A stretch of 64,000 bases of DNA, from NCBI GenBank assembly GCA_963842085.1, contig CAWJET010000001.1, forward strand, positions 1,408,001 to 1,472,000. Reading direction: 5' to 3'. The notes under the pieces were generated by a model. It searched no databases. It saw only the letters and a program-made list of their open reading frames with translations, and was not told the origin of the DNA. Numbering within the stretch: the first letter of the stretch is position 1; every line of letters starts with the position of its first letter. The position numbers were made by a program, and so were the translations under genes. Source of the DNA: an uncultured delta proteobacterium (GTDB lineage Bacteria; Desulfobacterota; Binatia; Binatales; Binataceae). Of the stretch, positions 30,478-42,896 are shown in pieces.

Positions 30478-30512
30478 CCTTCCTGGCGCAGCGAAGAATC
30501 GCGCGGGGCGCT

Positions 30513-30530
30513 TGACACATCGGGTTGTCA
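30513..30530. promoter_or_regulatory. Inverted repeat TGACA-N8-TGTCA, candidate regulator site
   Basis: Upstream of a TAGAAT -10-like hexamer (30552) and the DUF2946-like leader. Confidence 0.3.
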
Positions 30531-30587
30531 GACGGCAGGCTCGATGAGAGCTAGAATCCGGCGACGACCATCGGGCCGGAAGTTCCG

Positions 30588-30923
30588 ATGATATCCAGCT
30601 TTCACAAATGCGGCAGAGCGGGGGCGCGCACCATTGCTACATTCTGCGCCGCGCTGATCCTGGTTTCGCAGCTTATCGGCGTCGCTCATTTTCATGAGGG
30701 CGCGGTCTCGCGCGACGGGGTTGTAACCACCCAGCTCAGCGTGTACGAGGGGCTCTGCCCCATTTGTCAACTCGCGCTCCATGCGCCGGGCTCGCTCGCC
30801 GCGGCGACGACGGTCCAGCGCAGTCCTGCTATCGCCGAGACGATATTCATCGCCGCGCCAATTCGATTCGCGTCGCCCGTCTTCTCGACGGCGCGCGTGC
30901 GTGCTCCTCCCGTATCGCTCTAA
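30588..30923 (+). CDS. DUF2946/CruR-like leader protein with RAPP arrest motif
   Basis: N-terminal hydrophobic segment, AHFH, CPIC..ALH, C-terminal RAPP 3 codons before the stop; directly upstream of a TBDT. Confidence 0.8.
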   Translation: MISSFHKCGRAGARTIATFCAALILVSQLIGVAHFHEGAVSRDGVVTTQLSVYEGLCPICQLALHAPGSLAAATTVQRSPAIAETIFIAAPIRFASPVFSTARVRAPPVSL

Positions 30924-31030
30924 GCCCCCTTTTCGAAAGATTCGATTCTTCTCGTGCGCGCGACCGTTTCGCGCGCCGCCACTCGCGCATCGGAAGCGTG
31001 GGCGGAAACTTGAATGCATGGGAGCTTGCG

Positions 31031-33445
31031 ATGAGAAGGAGTTTCTTTGGGTTGATCTCGGCAGTAGCGATACTGATTCAACTGGCTATTTGCATGCCGG
31101 CACTGGCCGCTAATTTGAAGACTACGGCAACGAAATATCGAGTCACGGGCGTGGTGAAGGACGCGCTCGGCAGACCGCTCAAACAGGCGGCACTGTCTCT
31201 TCAGGGCTCCAACGGGCGGGTCGTGGCTCACTCGACGAGCAACGATGCAGGTGAATTTTCCTTCAGCGAGGTCAGCCGCGGCACCTATGCGGTGGTGGCA
31301 ACCAAGGAGGGATTCAAGACCGCGACCGAGATCGTCACGGTCTCGACCAAGGGCGCGGCGCCGGTGGTGCTTGCGATGGAAGCCGAGAAGGCGGTCAGCC
31401 TGAGGGTCGCGGCAACGCGATTGAATGAGGCGCGCAACTCCTTGTCGCCGAACACAGGTGGCAGCAAATACACGTTTACCCAGCAGGCTATCAATGAATT
31501 GCCGCAGGGCAACAATACGCCTCTAAACCAGGTGATTCTGCAGGCGCCGGGCGTCGCGCAGGATTCGTATGGACAGCTCCACGTCCGCGGTGATCACGCC
31601 AATCTTCAGTACCGGATCAACGGCGTCCAGCTTCCCGAAGGGATCACTGCCTTCGGACAGGTGCTGAGTCCGCGCTTCGCCCAATCGATCAGCCTGCTGA
31701 CTGGAGTCCTGCCGGCAGAATACGGCCTGCGAACGGCCGGGGTCATCGACATCAAGACCAAGGACGGGCTGCTCAACCCGGTCGCCGACGTGGATTTTTA
31801 CGGGGGACAGCGCGGAACGACTCAGCCGAGCTTCGAGTACGGCGGCTCGAAGGGCAACTTCAGCTACTTCGTGACAGGGCAATATCTCGGCACCGATCGC
31901 GGACTCGAGCCGCCAACCTCAGGACCTACCGCGATTCACGATACCAGCAACCAGGGCGCGGGCTTCGGATATTTCTCGTACTTCCTGAATCCGACGACGC
32001 GGCTGAGCTTGATCACGGGGACCGCCATCAATCACTTTCAGATTCCCGCCAACCCGAATCAGCCGCAGGCGTTCGTGCTGGCAGGAGTGCCGGTATATCC
32101 GTCGGCCAAGGTACGCGAGAACCAAGACGAGCAAAACTACTTCGGTGTGCTGGCGCTGCAGGGCACGGTTGGAGACAATTTCGATTATCAGATTGCGCCG
32201 TTCAGCCGTTACTCGGCGGTTACTTTCAATCCCGACCATACCGGCGACCTGATCTATGACGGCGCCGCGTCGCGAGTTTTTCGCAGCGACTGGAGCAACG
32301 GTTTTCAGCTCGACACGGCATATCACGGAATCGCCAGCCATACATTTCGCCTGGGCGGATACTTCGATGCCGAGCGCGTCGAGATCGACAATCATGAGTC
32401 GACATTCAAGGCCTTCCCGGACGGCACGCAAATGCCTCCTTACGTGCCCATCTCGTTCGTTGACGACGTCGGGCTGCAGACGTGGATCTACAGCGGGTAC
32501 CTACAGGACGAATGGAAGCCGATCGAAAAATTGACCTTTAACTACGGGGTCCGCTTCGACCTGTACGACGGACTGGTGCGTGCGGATCAGGCGAGTCCTC
32601 GTGTTGCGGCTGAATACAAACTATTCAGGGGCACGACGCTGCATGCTGGATACGCGCGGCAGATGACTCCACCCGAGACCGAACTGGTGCTGGTCAGCGA
32701 TATAAAACAAACGGAAGGCACGACGGGAGCACCGCCGTCGAAGGGTAACGGCACACCGACGGTCGAGCGTGATCATTTGTTCGATGTGGGTGTGATTCAG
32801 GACGTTCTCCCCGTTCCGGGGCTGCAAGTCGGGATCGATTCGTACTACAAGAAGGCTTCCGAACTGATCGACGAAGGACAGTTCGGACCCGCTCTAATCT
32901 TCGAGACCTTCAACTACAACAAGGGGCGCGTCTGGGGAGTCGAGTTCACCGGTTCGTACAATCACGAAAATATCTACGCCTACGAGAACTTCGCCTATAG
33001 CGTCGCGCAGGGGACGCAGGTGGAATCGGGGCAGTTCAACTTCGCGCCGGACGAGCTGAAATATATCAACAGCCACTACATCTTTCTCGATCACGACCAG
33101 ACCTTCACCAATTCTGCCGGGGCAGTTTACAACTGGCGCGGATGGATGTTCAGCGTCGATGGAATATACGGGAGCGGGCTCAGAAGTGGGTTCGCGAACA
33201 CGGGAAACCTGCCATTCTATATCCAGGTGGATGCGGGCATCACCCGGCGCGTACCGGTGCCCAACAATGGTGGGGTGCTCGAGTTTCGTGGCGCGATCGT
33301 GAACCTCTTCGATCACACCTACCTCGTTCGCAACGGCACCGGCATCGGCGTGTTCGCCAATCAATACGGACCGCGCCGCGCGTTGTACGGCGGGATAAAA
33401 TGGGAACTGCCATTCACCAAACCTGCCGCTACGCAGGCGCCATGA
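31031..33445 (+). CDS. TonB-dependent receptor with N-terminal carboxypeptidase-regulatory-like domain
   Basis: Signal peptide, VTGVVKDALGRPL domain, plug HVRGDHANLQYRINGV, YLQDEWK, NLFD...RALYGGIKW; start at ATG after GGGAG. Confidence 0.92.
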   Translation: MRRSFFGLISAVAILIQLAICMPALAANLKTTATKYRVTGVVKDALGRPLKQAALSLQGSNGRVVAHSTSNDAGEFSFSEVSRGTYAVVATKEGFKTATEIVTVSTKGAAPVVLAMEAEKAVSLRVAATRLNEARNSLSPNTGGSKYTFTQQAINELPQGNNTPLNQVILQAPGVAQDSYGQLHVRGDHANLQYRINGVQLPEGITAFGQVLSPRFAQSISLLTGVLPAEYGLRTAGVIDIKTKDGLLNPVADVDFYGGQRGTTQPSFEYGGSKGNFSYFVTGQYLGTDRGLEPPTSGPTAIHDTSNQGAGFGYFSYFLNPTTRLSLITGTAINHFQIPANPNQPQAFVLAGVPVYPSAKVRENQDEQNYFGVLALQGTVGDNFDYQIAPFSRYSAVTFNPDHTGDLIYDGAASRVFRSDWSNGFQLDTAYHGIASHTFRLGGYFDAERVEIDNHESTFKAFPDGTQMPPYVPISFVDDVGLQTWIYSGYLQDEWKPIEKLTFNYGVRFDLYDGLVRADQASPRVAAEYKLFRGTTLHAGYARQMTPPETELVLVSDIKQTEGTTGAPPSKGNGTPTVERDHLFDVGVIQDVLPVPGLQVGIDSYYKKASELIDEGQFGPALIFETFNYNKGRVWGVEFTGSYNHENIYAYENFAYSVAQGTQVESGQFNFAPDELKYINSHYIFLDHDQTFTNSAGAVYNWRGWMFSVDGIYGSGLRSGFANTGNLPFYIQVDAGITRRVPVPNNGGVLEFRGAIVNLFDHTYLVRNGTGIGVFANQYGPRRALYGGIKWELPFTKPAATQAP

Positions 33446-33493
33446 AACCCAGGTCGCGCATCGGGCGTCAGTTATCGTAAGGAGAGCTGAGGA

Positions 33494-34168
33494 ATGCAGG
33501 AACTATTAGTAGCGTGGAACGCCATCAAGTACGGCGGCGCGATGGTTTATCCGCTGCTGGCGCTCGGCGCTCTCGCAATCGCCATAACCATCGACCGCGC
33601 CGTGCTCTATACGCGATGCCTGCGGCTGCCGGCGCAGCTCGCCAACTTGATCGAGACGTTTGGATTTTCGTGGGTCGAGCTCGAGAAGCGGCTGCACGAT
33701 CTCGGGCCGCGCAACGCGTACGGGCGCTTCCTTCAGGTGATCGCCGACAATCGCAACAAGCCCGCGTGGTGGGTCGAATCGAGAGCCGGCGATGAAGCGG
33801 GCCGGATCGAAAAGACGCTCGCCCGTGGACTCTGGGTGCTCGAGACTGTTGTCACCGCGGCGCCGCTGCTGGGCCTGCTCGGCACCATCGCGGGCATGAT
33901 GCAGTCGTTCAACGTGATCGGCGCGTCAACGCTGGTCGCGCCGACTCAGGTGACGGCGGGCGTGGCGCAGGCGCTGATTTCGACCGCGCTCGGCCTGCTG
34001 ATCGCGGTGATTGCGCTGTTCGCGTTCAACCTCCTTTCCCGGACGCAATCGCAGGCGCTCGACACGATGGAGCGGCTGGGCTCGCGGCTGGTCGATCATA
34101 TTCGGCTCGACCAGGAAAGCGGCGGCGAATCCGAGCTCGTCCCGCGCCCGGCGGCGGTCGCGCGATGA
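33494..34168 (+). CDS. exbB: ExbB/MotA/TolQ proton channel
   Basis: APLLGLLGTIAGM, GVAQALISTALGL. Confidence 0.9.
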   Translation: MQELLVAWNAIKYGGAMVYPLLALGALAIAITIDRAVLYTRCLRLPAQLANLIETFGFSWVELEKRLHDLGPRNAYGRFLQVIADNRNKPAWWVESRAGDEAGRIEKTLARGLWVLETVVTAAPLLGLLGTIAGMMQSFNVIGASTLVAPTQVTAGVAQALISTALGLLIAVIALFAFNLLSRTQSQALDTMERLGSRLVDHIRLDQESGGESELVPRPAAVAR

Positions 34169-34190
34169 GCGCGCGCATCGGAGAGATACG

Positions 34191-34595
34191 ATGAAGCTCC
34201 AACGGGCGCGCCATTTTCGTCACGGGCGAATCGAAATCATTCCGATGATCGACGTGATGTTCTTTCTGCTGGTGACGTTCATGCTGGCGTCGCTGTCGAT
34301 GCAGAGTCTCAACTCGATCACCGTCAATCTGCCCAGGGGCGACGCCGAATCGCTCGAGCATCGCGAGCCGATCACGCTGACCGTCACCCACGACAGTCAC
34401 ATTTTCATCGACAAGACTCCCACCACGCTCGACCAACTGGCGTTCGTGCTCAAGCCGATGCTCAAGGCGAACGACCTCGGCGTGGTGGTCAACGCCGACA
34501 GCGACGCGCCTGAGGGCACCGTGGTGGAGGCGATGATCCAGGCGCGGCGCGCGGGCGTCGAGCATTTCCTGATCGCGGTGAAGCGCAAGCAATGA
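34191..34595 (+). CDS. exbD: ExbD/TolR
   Basis: IEIIPMIDVMFFLLVTFM, VNLP, NADSDAP; start MKLQRAR after GGAG. Confidence 0.92.
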   Translation: MKLQRARHFRHGRIEIIPMIDVMFFLLVTFMLASLSMQSLNSITVNLPRGDAESLEHREPITLTVTHDSHIFIDKTPTTLDQLAFVLKPMLKANDLGVVVNADSDAPEGTVVEAMIQARRAGVEHFLIAVKRKQ

Positions 34596-35338
34596 CCGAC
34601 GCCGCCCGCCTTCTCATGCAACCGCCCGAGCTCGACGAACCGGCGCGGCGCCTGCTCTTTGTAATCCCCGCTGCGATCGCGATCTGGGCGATCCTGCTGA
34701 GCGGATTTTCGCTCATCCTGATGCGCACGAAAGCGCCGCCCCCGGAGTTGCAGCCGATCGAAGCCCGGTTGGTCGAGATACCTCCGGCGGTCGGCGGGTT
34801 GCAGGGCGGCGGCGCGGTTCATGCACCGGCGCCGGCGATTCCTCATCCGACGACCGTACCGATCGTCAAACCCCATCCGGTGGTCCATGAGAAGAAGCTC
34901 GCGGCGCCGATGCCGCCGGTGATTCGCTCTCCTTACGGCACGGAGAAATCCACCAACGCGCCCAGCGTCGGAGAAACCTCCGGCGCGAAAGCGGGGACGG
35001 CGACGGAAAGCGGCGCGAGCGGCGGTTCAGAAACCGGCGAAGGCTCGGGCGGCGGCGGAATTGGCAGCGATACGGTGGGCGCGCGCGCGATCTACGCGCC
35101 GACCCCGATCATACCCGACGACCTGCGCGAGGACGTGATGCAGACCGAGGCCGTCGCGCGTTTCAAAGTCTCGTTCGACGGCACCATCGAGGTCACGCTG
35201 GAAAAGCCGACTTCGAGTCCGCGTCTCAACCAGGTGCTGCTCGACACGCTCAAGCAGTGGAAGTTTTTCCCCGCGGTGAAGAACGGCGTCGCGATCAATT
35301 CGTCGTTCGAAGTTCGAATACCTATTTCAGTTCAGTAA
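34592..35338 (+). CDS. tonB: TonB family energy transducer
   Basis: N-terminal TM anchor, Pro-rich linker, C-terminal WKFFPAVKNG TonB_C pattern. Confidence 0.85.
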   Translation: MTDAARLLMQPPELDEPARRLLFVIPAAIAIWAILLSGFSLILMRTKAPPPELQPIEARLVEIPPAVGGLQGGGAVHAPAPAIPHPTTVPIVKPHPVVHEKKLAAPMPPVIRSPYGTEKSTNAPSVGETSGAKAGTATESGASGGSETGEGSGGGGIGSDTVGARAIYAPTPIIPDDLREDVMQTEAVARFKVSFDGTIEVTLEKPTSSPRLNQVLLDTLKQWKFFPAVKNGVAINSSFEVRIPISVQ

Positions 35339-35377
35339 ATCCCTTTTGCCTCATCCCAAGAGTTTGTGAGGAAAGTT

Positions 35378-35785
35378 GTCGGTTATCGGAGTGCCGGCTC
35401 CGAGTCATCGCTCTTACGAAGCGAGCGACGCGCCACAGCTTGTCATCCCGACAACGGGAGCGTTAGCGTCGGGAGGAGGGACCTCGGACAGCTTCGCGCC
35501 ACGCGAAGCCGGTTCCGGTCTCTTCGTTCGCACGCCGCGCGCGCTCCACTTCACTCTTCAGGAGGATGAACTCATCGGCCTGGTCGGTTATCGGAGTGCC
35601 GGCTCCGAGTCATCGCTCTTACCAACGAGCGACGCGCCACGGCTTGTCATCCCGACAACGGGAGCGTTAGCGACGGGAGGAGGGACCTCGGACAGCTTCG
35701 CGCCACGCGAAGCCGGTTCCGGTCTCCTCGTTCGCGCGCCGCGCGCGCTCCACTTCACTCTTCAGGAGGATGAACTCATCGGCCT
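35378..35785. repeat. Tandem duplication of a ~204-bp non-coding unit containing a TGTCATCC element
   Basis: 35378-35581 and 35583-35785 are near-identical (a few substitutions, one 1-nt indel). Confidence 0.92.
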
Positions 35786-36096
35786 TATGCCCTCGACGCC
35801 AACGCGCTAGAATGCTTGACGATGGACAACGCTCATCGAGCGCGTCCGGTCCGGCTCCCCGAAATCATCCGACGTAATTCCCAGCGCGCCGCCCTCCGCT
35901 CAGTGCCGAGCGCCAGCCTCTTCCGAAAAACTAATTTTGACGGAACGAACCCACCGATAGTGGTACGCGGGTCGCAAACCACAATTAGTGGCCTGGATTA
36001 CTGTCCCGATCCCCGCTGCGGTTCCGGAAAGAACATCCTGATGTTGAGAGAATGAAACACGAATCGCTCAGAAATCGAGACACAACGACGAGGAAT

Positions 36097-37284
36097 TCAC
36101 GCGACACAGCACATGCGTTCGACGACTTTGCGAATCATCGCCGGCCCGCGTTCGAAGGCGTCGCGGCGGACGTACTCGTTGGGCTGATGCGCCTGCTCGA
36201 GGTCGCCGGGGCCGCAGATGAGCGAGGTGACGCCCGAGCCGGTGAACCATCCGCCGTCGGTGGCGTAGAGCGCGCCGCCCGAGGTCTTTGCCCCGGTCGC
36301 CTCGAACAGCGCGGCTTCCAGAGCCGTCCCGCGCGGCGAGTCGAGCGGCGGCACGACATTCGACAGTGCGATTTCAATTTTCGCGCGATGCTCGCTACCG
36401 GCATAGTCGTGGCCGTCGAGCGCGTCGAGCCGGCGCGCGATCTCGCGGTAAACGTCGAGCGGATCGGCGTCGGGCAGCGTGCGATAGCTGATGCGCAACG
36501 TGCATTGTTCGGCGATCATGTTGAGCGCGATCCCGCCGTGCACCGTTCCGAAATTCAGCACGTCGTACGGCGCATCGGGAAAAATCTTCGCGTATTCGGC
36601 AGGCCGCCGCGCGGCGAGCTCCCGCTGAAAACGGCCGATCGTGTCGATCACCCGGCCCATCACGGCAATCGCGTTGACGCCCCTTGCCGGTGCGCCACTA
36701 TGACCGCCGATGCCGCGCACGGTTACCCCGAACGAGACGATGCTCTTGTGCGCGTGAGACACGCCCCACGAAGTCGGCTCGCCGATCCATGCCAGGCGCG
36801 GCACCGGCGTGTCGCCCAGGATTTGTTTGAGCGCGGGCGCGACGCTATGGGCGCCGAGACAACCGACTTCCTCGCTCGCCGTGAAGACGAATACCAGCGG
36901 ACGTTTGAGCCGGGTCGAATCAAGCGTGCGCGCCGCGTCGAGGCATTGCGCGATGAACCCCTTCATGTCGCTGGTGCCGCGGCCGTAAATTCGCTCTCCC
37001 GCGGGTTCGAGCTTGAGCGGCTCACGCTCCCATCCGGGCTGTCCGTCGAAGGGAACGGTGTCGACGTGCGCTGAAATTATCAGTCCGTCGACGCGCGGCG
37101 GTCCAAGCCACGCCACCAGGTTGGCCTGCGAGACGCCGAGCAGCTCGACCGGTTGCAGTGCGGTTTTGAATCCCCGCGGTGCGAGTTCTCCTGCGATGAA
37201 TTCCATCGCGTCGCGATCGCTCTTTGCGCTGACCGTGTCGAACGCGACGAGCCGGGTTGCGACTTCGTACAGATAGTCATTCAT
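36097..37284 (-). CDS. argE: M20 family acetylornithine deacetylase-like amidohydrolase
   Basis: SAHVDTVP, GRGTSDMKG, EEVG, GEPT, GHSG, AHQPNE. Confidence 0.82.
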   Translation of the reverse strand: MNDYLYEVATRLVAFDTVSAKSDRDAMEFIAGELAPRGFKTALQPVELLGVSQANLVAWLGPPRVDGLIISAHVDTVPFDGQPGWEREPLKLEPAGERIYGRGTSDMKGFIAQCLDAARTLDSTRLKRPLVFVFTASEEVGCLGAHSVAPALKQILGDTPVPRLAWIGEPTSWGVSHAHKSIVSFGVTVRGIGGHSGAPARGVNAIAVMGRVIDTIGRFQRELAARRPAEYAKIFPDAPYDVLNFGTVHGGIALNMIAEQCTLRISYRTLPDADPLDVYREIARRLDALDGHDYAGSEHRAKIEIALSNVVPPLDSPRGTALEAALFEATGAKTSGGALYATDGGWFTGSGVTSLICGPGDLEQAHQPNEYVRRDAFERGPAMIRKVVERMCCVA

Positions 37285-37460
37285 GGTGCACCGGGCAAAC
37301 CTTGAGTCAGAAGATCGCACAATCGACGCGTCGATAACAAATCGACGTCTTATAACATGTCGGAAATACTGATTTATTAGTCACCATAGGGCCGGCAGGA
37401 TAGGCAATTGACCGCGCAGGCGGCTAGAATGCCGGGGTGAGGATGGGATCGGATGAGCAT

Positions 37461-39742
<2,282 letters not shown>

Positions 39743-39746
<4 letters not shown>

Positions 39747-41224
39747 CGCGGCCGTCTGCCGCGGGATCGACGAGCTTGGACCCGTGCGTCGAAGATGTCG
39801 GCGGGGCTGCCGAAAAGGTGGCGCTATATCGCGACCAGCGAATCGCGTATTGGAACAGTTACACTCGCCGCCGTTCGAGTAATTACTATCATCGCAGAAT
39901 CGCCGAGATATATCGGTTTCTCATTCCGCCGGGGCAGCGCGTTCTGGAGCTGGGAAGTGGCGAAGGAGACGTGATAGCGTCGATCGAGCCATCGATGGGG
40001 GTAGGAGTCGATTTTTCGCCGGAGATGGTATCTCGCGCACGAGATAGACATCCCGAAATCGAGTTCTTACTGCAGGACGTTCAGGAATTGAACGTGCCCG
40101 GAACCTTCGACTACATAATCCTGTCCGATCTTGTGAATGATTTGTGGGACGTCGAAGCGGTATTCGAGCGGGTAGCCCGGCTAAGTGGGCCGCAGACCCG
40201 CATCGTACTCAACACCTATAGCCGTCTGTGGGAACTTCCGCTCGCTCTGGTACGAGCGCTCGGTCTCGCCAATCCGGCGATCACACGGAACTGGCTGACT
40301 ACGCCGGACGTCGAGAATATGCTCTACCTGAGCGGGTTCGAGATGATCCGGCAGTGGCAGGAAGTTCTTTTCCCGCTACGAGTCCCGGTGATTGACGCGC
40401 TGTTCAACAAATACCTGGTAAAGATTGGACCGTTTCGGCTTGCAGCGCTCACTAATTTCCTTATCGCGCGTCCCTCATGGCAGCGGGAGGGCGCGCGCGA
40501 TCGAAAACCGATGGTGAGCGTGGTAGTGCCGGCCCGCAACGAAGCCGGCAATATCGACAACATCTTCCGCCGCGTTCCCGAGATGGGTGCGGGCACAGAA
40601 CTGATTTTCGTTGAAGGTCATTCTACAGACGACACCTACGGCGCCATCGAGCGGACGGCGGCAAACTATCCAGCCAGGCGCGTGAAGATCCTTCGCCAGA
40701 GCGGACGCGGGAAAGGCGACGCGGTTCGCGCGGGATTCGCGGCAGCCGACGGTGACGTCTTGATGATACTTGACGCCGACTTGACGGTGCCGCCCGAAGA
40801 CCTGCCGCGCTTTTACGAAGTATTGCGCTCGGGCAAGGGCGAATTCGTCAACGGCGTGAGGCTGGTTTATCCGATGGAGGCGCAGGCGATGCGCTTCTTC
40901 AACCTGATTGGAAACAAGTTTTTCGCGGTCGCATTTTCGTGGCTGCTGGGGCAGTCAATCAAGGACACGCTATGCGGCACCAAGGTGCTGAGCCGTCAGA
41001 ACTACGAATTGATAGCTCGGAATAGAGACTACTTCGGGGAGTTCGATCCGTTTGGCGATTTCGACCTGATCTTCGGCGCTGCCAAACTCAATTTGAAGGT
41101 CGTCGATGTGCCGATTCGCTACGCGGAACGCACATACGGCGAGACCAACATCGCACGCTGGAGACACGGCTGGCTATTGATCCGAATGGTGATGTTCGCC
41201 TGCACACGGATCAAGTTCGTCTGA
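39743..41224 (+). CDS. Fusion of class I SAM methyltransferase-like domain and GT2 (polyprenol-phosphate glycosyltransferase-like)
   Basis: VLELGSGEG at the N-terminus; VVVPARNE, EGHSTD, GKGDAV, ILDADL, DTLCGTK at the C-terminus; ATGA overlap with ppk1. Confidence 0.9.
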
Positions 41225-41228
41225 ACCC

Positions 41229-42896
41229 TTGTTCACTCACCTGAAAGCAGGTTCTTCACCCAACATCGATAAGCGATTGCAATTTCTGCTCGTGATGGGA
41301 CTCACCTTGATCGCCGCGTGGTTGAGATTTTCATCGATAGGGTTCGGGCTTCCCGATCAGTTTCGTCCTGATGAAGAACGGACCGTTCCGACGGCGCTCG
41401 GCTTCGAGAAGGATTGGAATCCTCACTTTGCGATCTATCCGGCGGCTCAGACCTATCTCATCCACGGAGCCTTGCGATCTTACGCCACGGTCACGGGTGC
41501 TGGCGCCAATCTGGAGACCGCGTATGGTTCCAATAACCGAGCGCAAGCGTTTTTGATCGCGCGGCAAATTTCGGCGGCGATGGGCACTGCGACCGTACCG
41601 GTGCTTTATCTGGCGGTCGCGCCGGTGTTTGGATCCGCGGCTGCACTGGCCTCCGCAGTGATAGTAGGTGTCTGCTACATTCACGTGCGCGAATCCAAGT
41701 TCGCCAAGCCCGAGGTTCCTGCCGGCTTGTGGCTGGCTCTAAGTATCTTCGCGATTTTGCGGATTGCCACCCGCGGTTATCTTATTGACTACGTGTTGGC
41801 AGGTCTTTTCTGTGGCCTGGCGGCAGCAACGCACTATGCGGCCGGGGCGATAGTGATTGGCATTTTCGTCGCGCATGTGGAAGCGCGACGCCGGGAGAAT
41901 CAACCGATGCTTGCTTCCCGGTTGGCTCCGAGAATTTACCTGGCAGGTCTTGTTGCGATACTGACCTTCTGTTGCGCTGACCCTTATTTCTTTCTCGATT
42001 TACGGCAGACTGTTCTCGACTTCGCCTACCTGCGAAGCAGTTACAGAATGTGGAACGGTGGTCACTCGCCGGTCGGCTATGGATGGCCATGGCTTTTGCT
42101 TCGGGCGATGCCAGCGGGTTTTGGAATCGGGTTGGAAGTCTTCCTGTTCGCCGCAATGCTGTGGGTGATCTTTCGCCCGAGGCCCGGTACGTTCCCTCTG
42201 CTCGCATTCGTCGTAGTCTGTTTCTTGATGCTAACCGGCGGGCATCCGCAGCTCGAGTTTCGTTATCTCACAACTCCGCTGCTCGCAATGGCGGTGCTTG
42301 GCGGCGTGTTTGCCTCGGACATGACTGCGTTGGCATGCTCGCGGATTGGGGCGCGTCCAGGTCTCCTGATGGCTGGGTTTGTCAGCATCGTCATATTGGC
42401 GCCTTCACTGATAAGGGATGTGCAGCTCAACTGGCTTCTCGATCAGACGGACAGTCGCACGATTGCCCGCAAATGGATGATCGAGCACATTCCGCGGGCG
42501 TCCACAGTGGTCTTCGTCGGCGGCGATGGCTTCGGGAAACCACAGGTGACTGGGATCTACGACCCGCTACCGGTCCATAGCCTGGACTGTCTGAAGAGGG
42601 CTACCAAGTCGGCGCAGTGGGTCGTTTCGGACAGCTTTCCACCGCTTAGTACCTGGTCGCCGGGCGCTACGGATGCGGAGTTAGCTGAACTAAATTCCAA
42701 AGGCACCCTCGAGTTCGATATGGGATCCATGAGACCGGGAACCGATCCCGTTTTCGATCCAAATGACGCGTTCTATGTCCCCTTTACCCATGCAACAGAT
42801 ATGTTGAGGCCTGGTCCCAGAATCCGCATATGGAAAATCACGGCATCGCCAAGCGCTTCTACGGTCCCTGCCGCCTTCCCGCCAGGAGGGTGTTGA
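41229..42896 (+). CDS. GT-C fold (PMT/ArnT-like) membrane glycosyltransferase
   Basis: RPDE after TM1, many TM helices, GLAAATHY, FRY motif, soluble C-terminal domain; TTG start. Confidence 0.8.
   Translation: MFTHLKAGSSPNIDKRLQFLLVMGLTLIAAWLRFSSIGFGLPDQFRPDEERTVPTALGFEKDWNPHFAIYPAAQTYLIHGALRSYATVTGAGANLETAYGSNNRAQAFLIARQISAAMGTATVPVLYLAVAPVFGSAAALASAVIVGVCYIHVRESKFAKPEVPAGLWLALSIFAILRIATRGYLIDYVLAGLFCGLAAATHYAAGAIVIGIFVAHVEARRRENQPMLASRLAPRIYLAGLVAILTFCCADPYFFLDLRQTVLDFAYLRSSYRMWNGGHSPVGYGWPWLLLRAMPAGFGIGLEVFLFAAMLWVIFRPRPGTFPLLAFVVVCFLMLTGGHPQLEFRYLTTPLLAMAVLGGVFASDMTALACSRIGARPGLLMAGFVSIVILAPSLIRDVQLNWLLDQTDSRTIARKWMIEHIPRASTVVFVGGDGFGKPQVTGIYDPLPVHSLDCLKRATKSAQWVVSDSFPPLSTWSPGATDAELAELNSKGTLEFDMGSMRPGTDPVFDPNDAFYVPFTHATDMLRPGPRIRIWKITASPSASTVPAAFPPGGC

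Noticed and set aside
35376-35810. 144-aa ORF with internal repeat
   Set aside because: Artefact of the non-coding tandem duplication; the indel between copies is not frame-preserving
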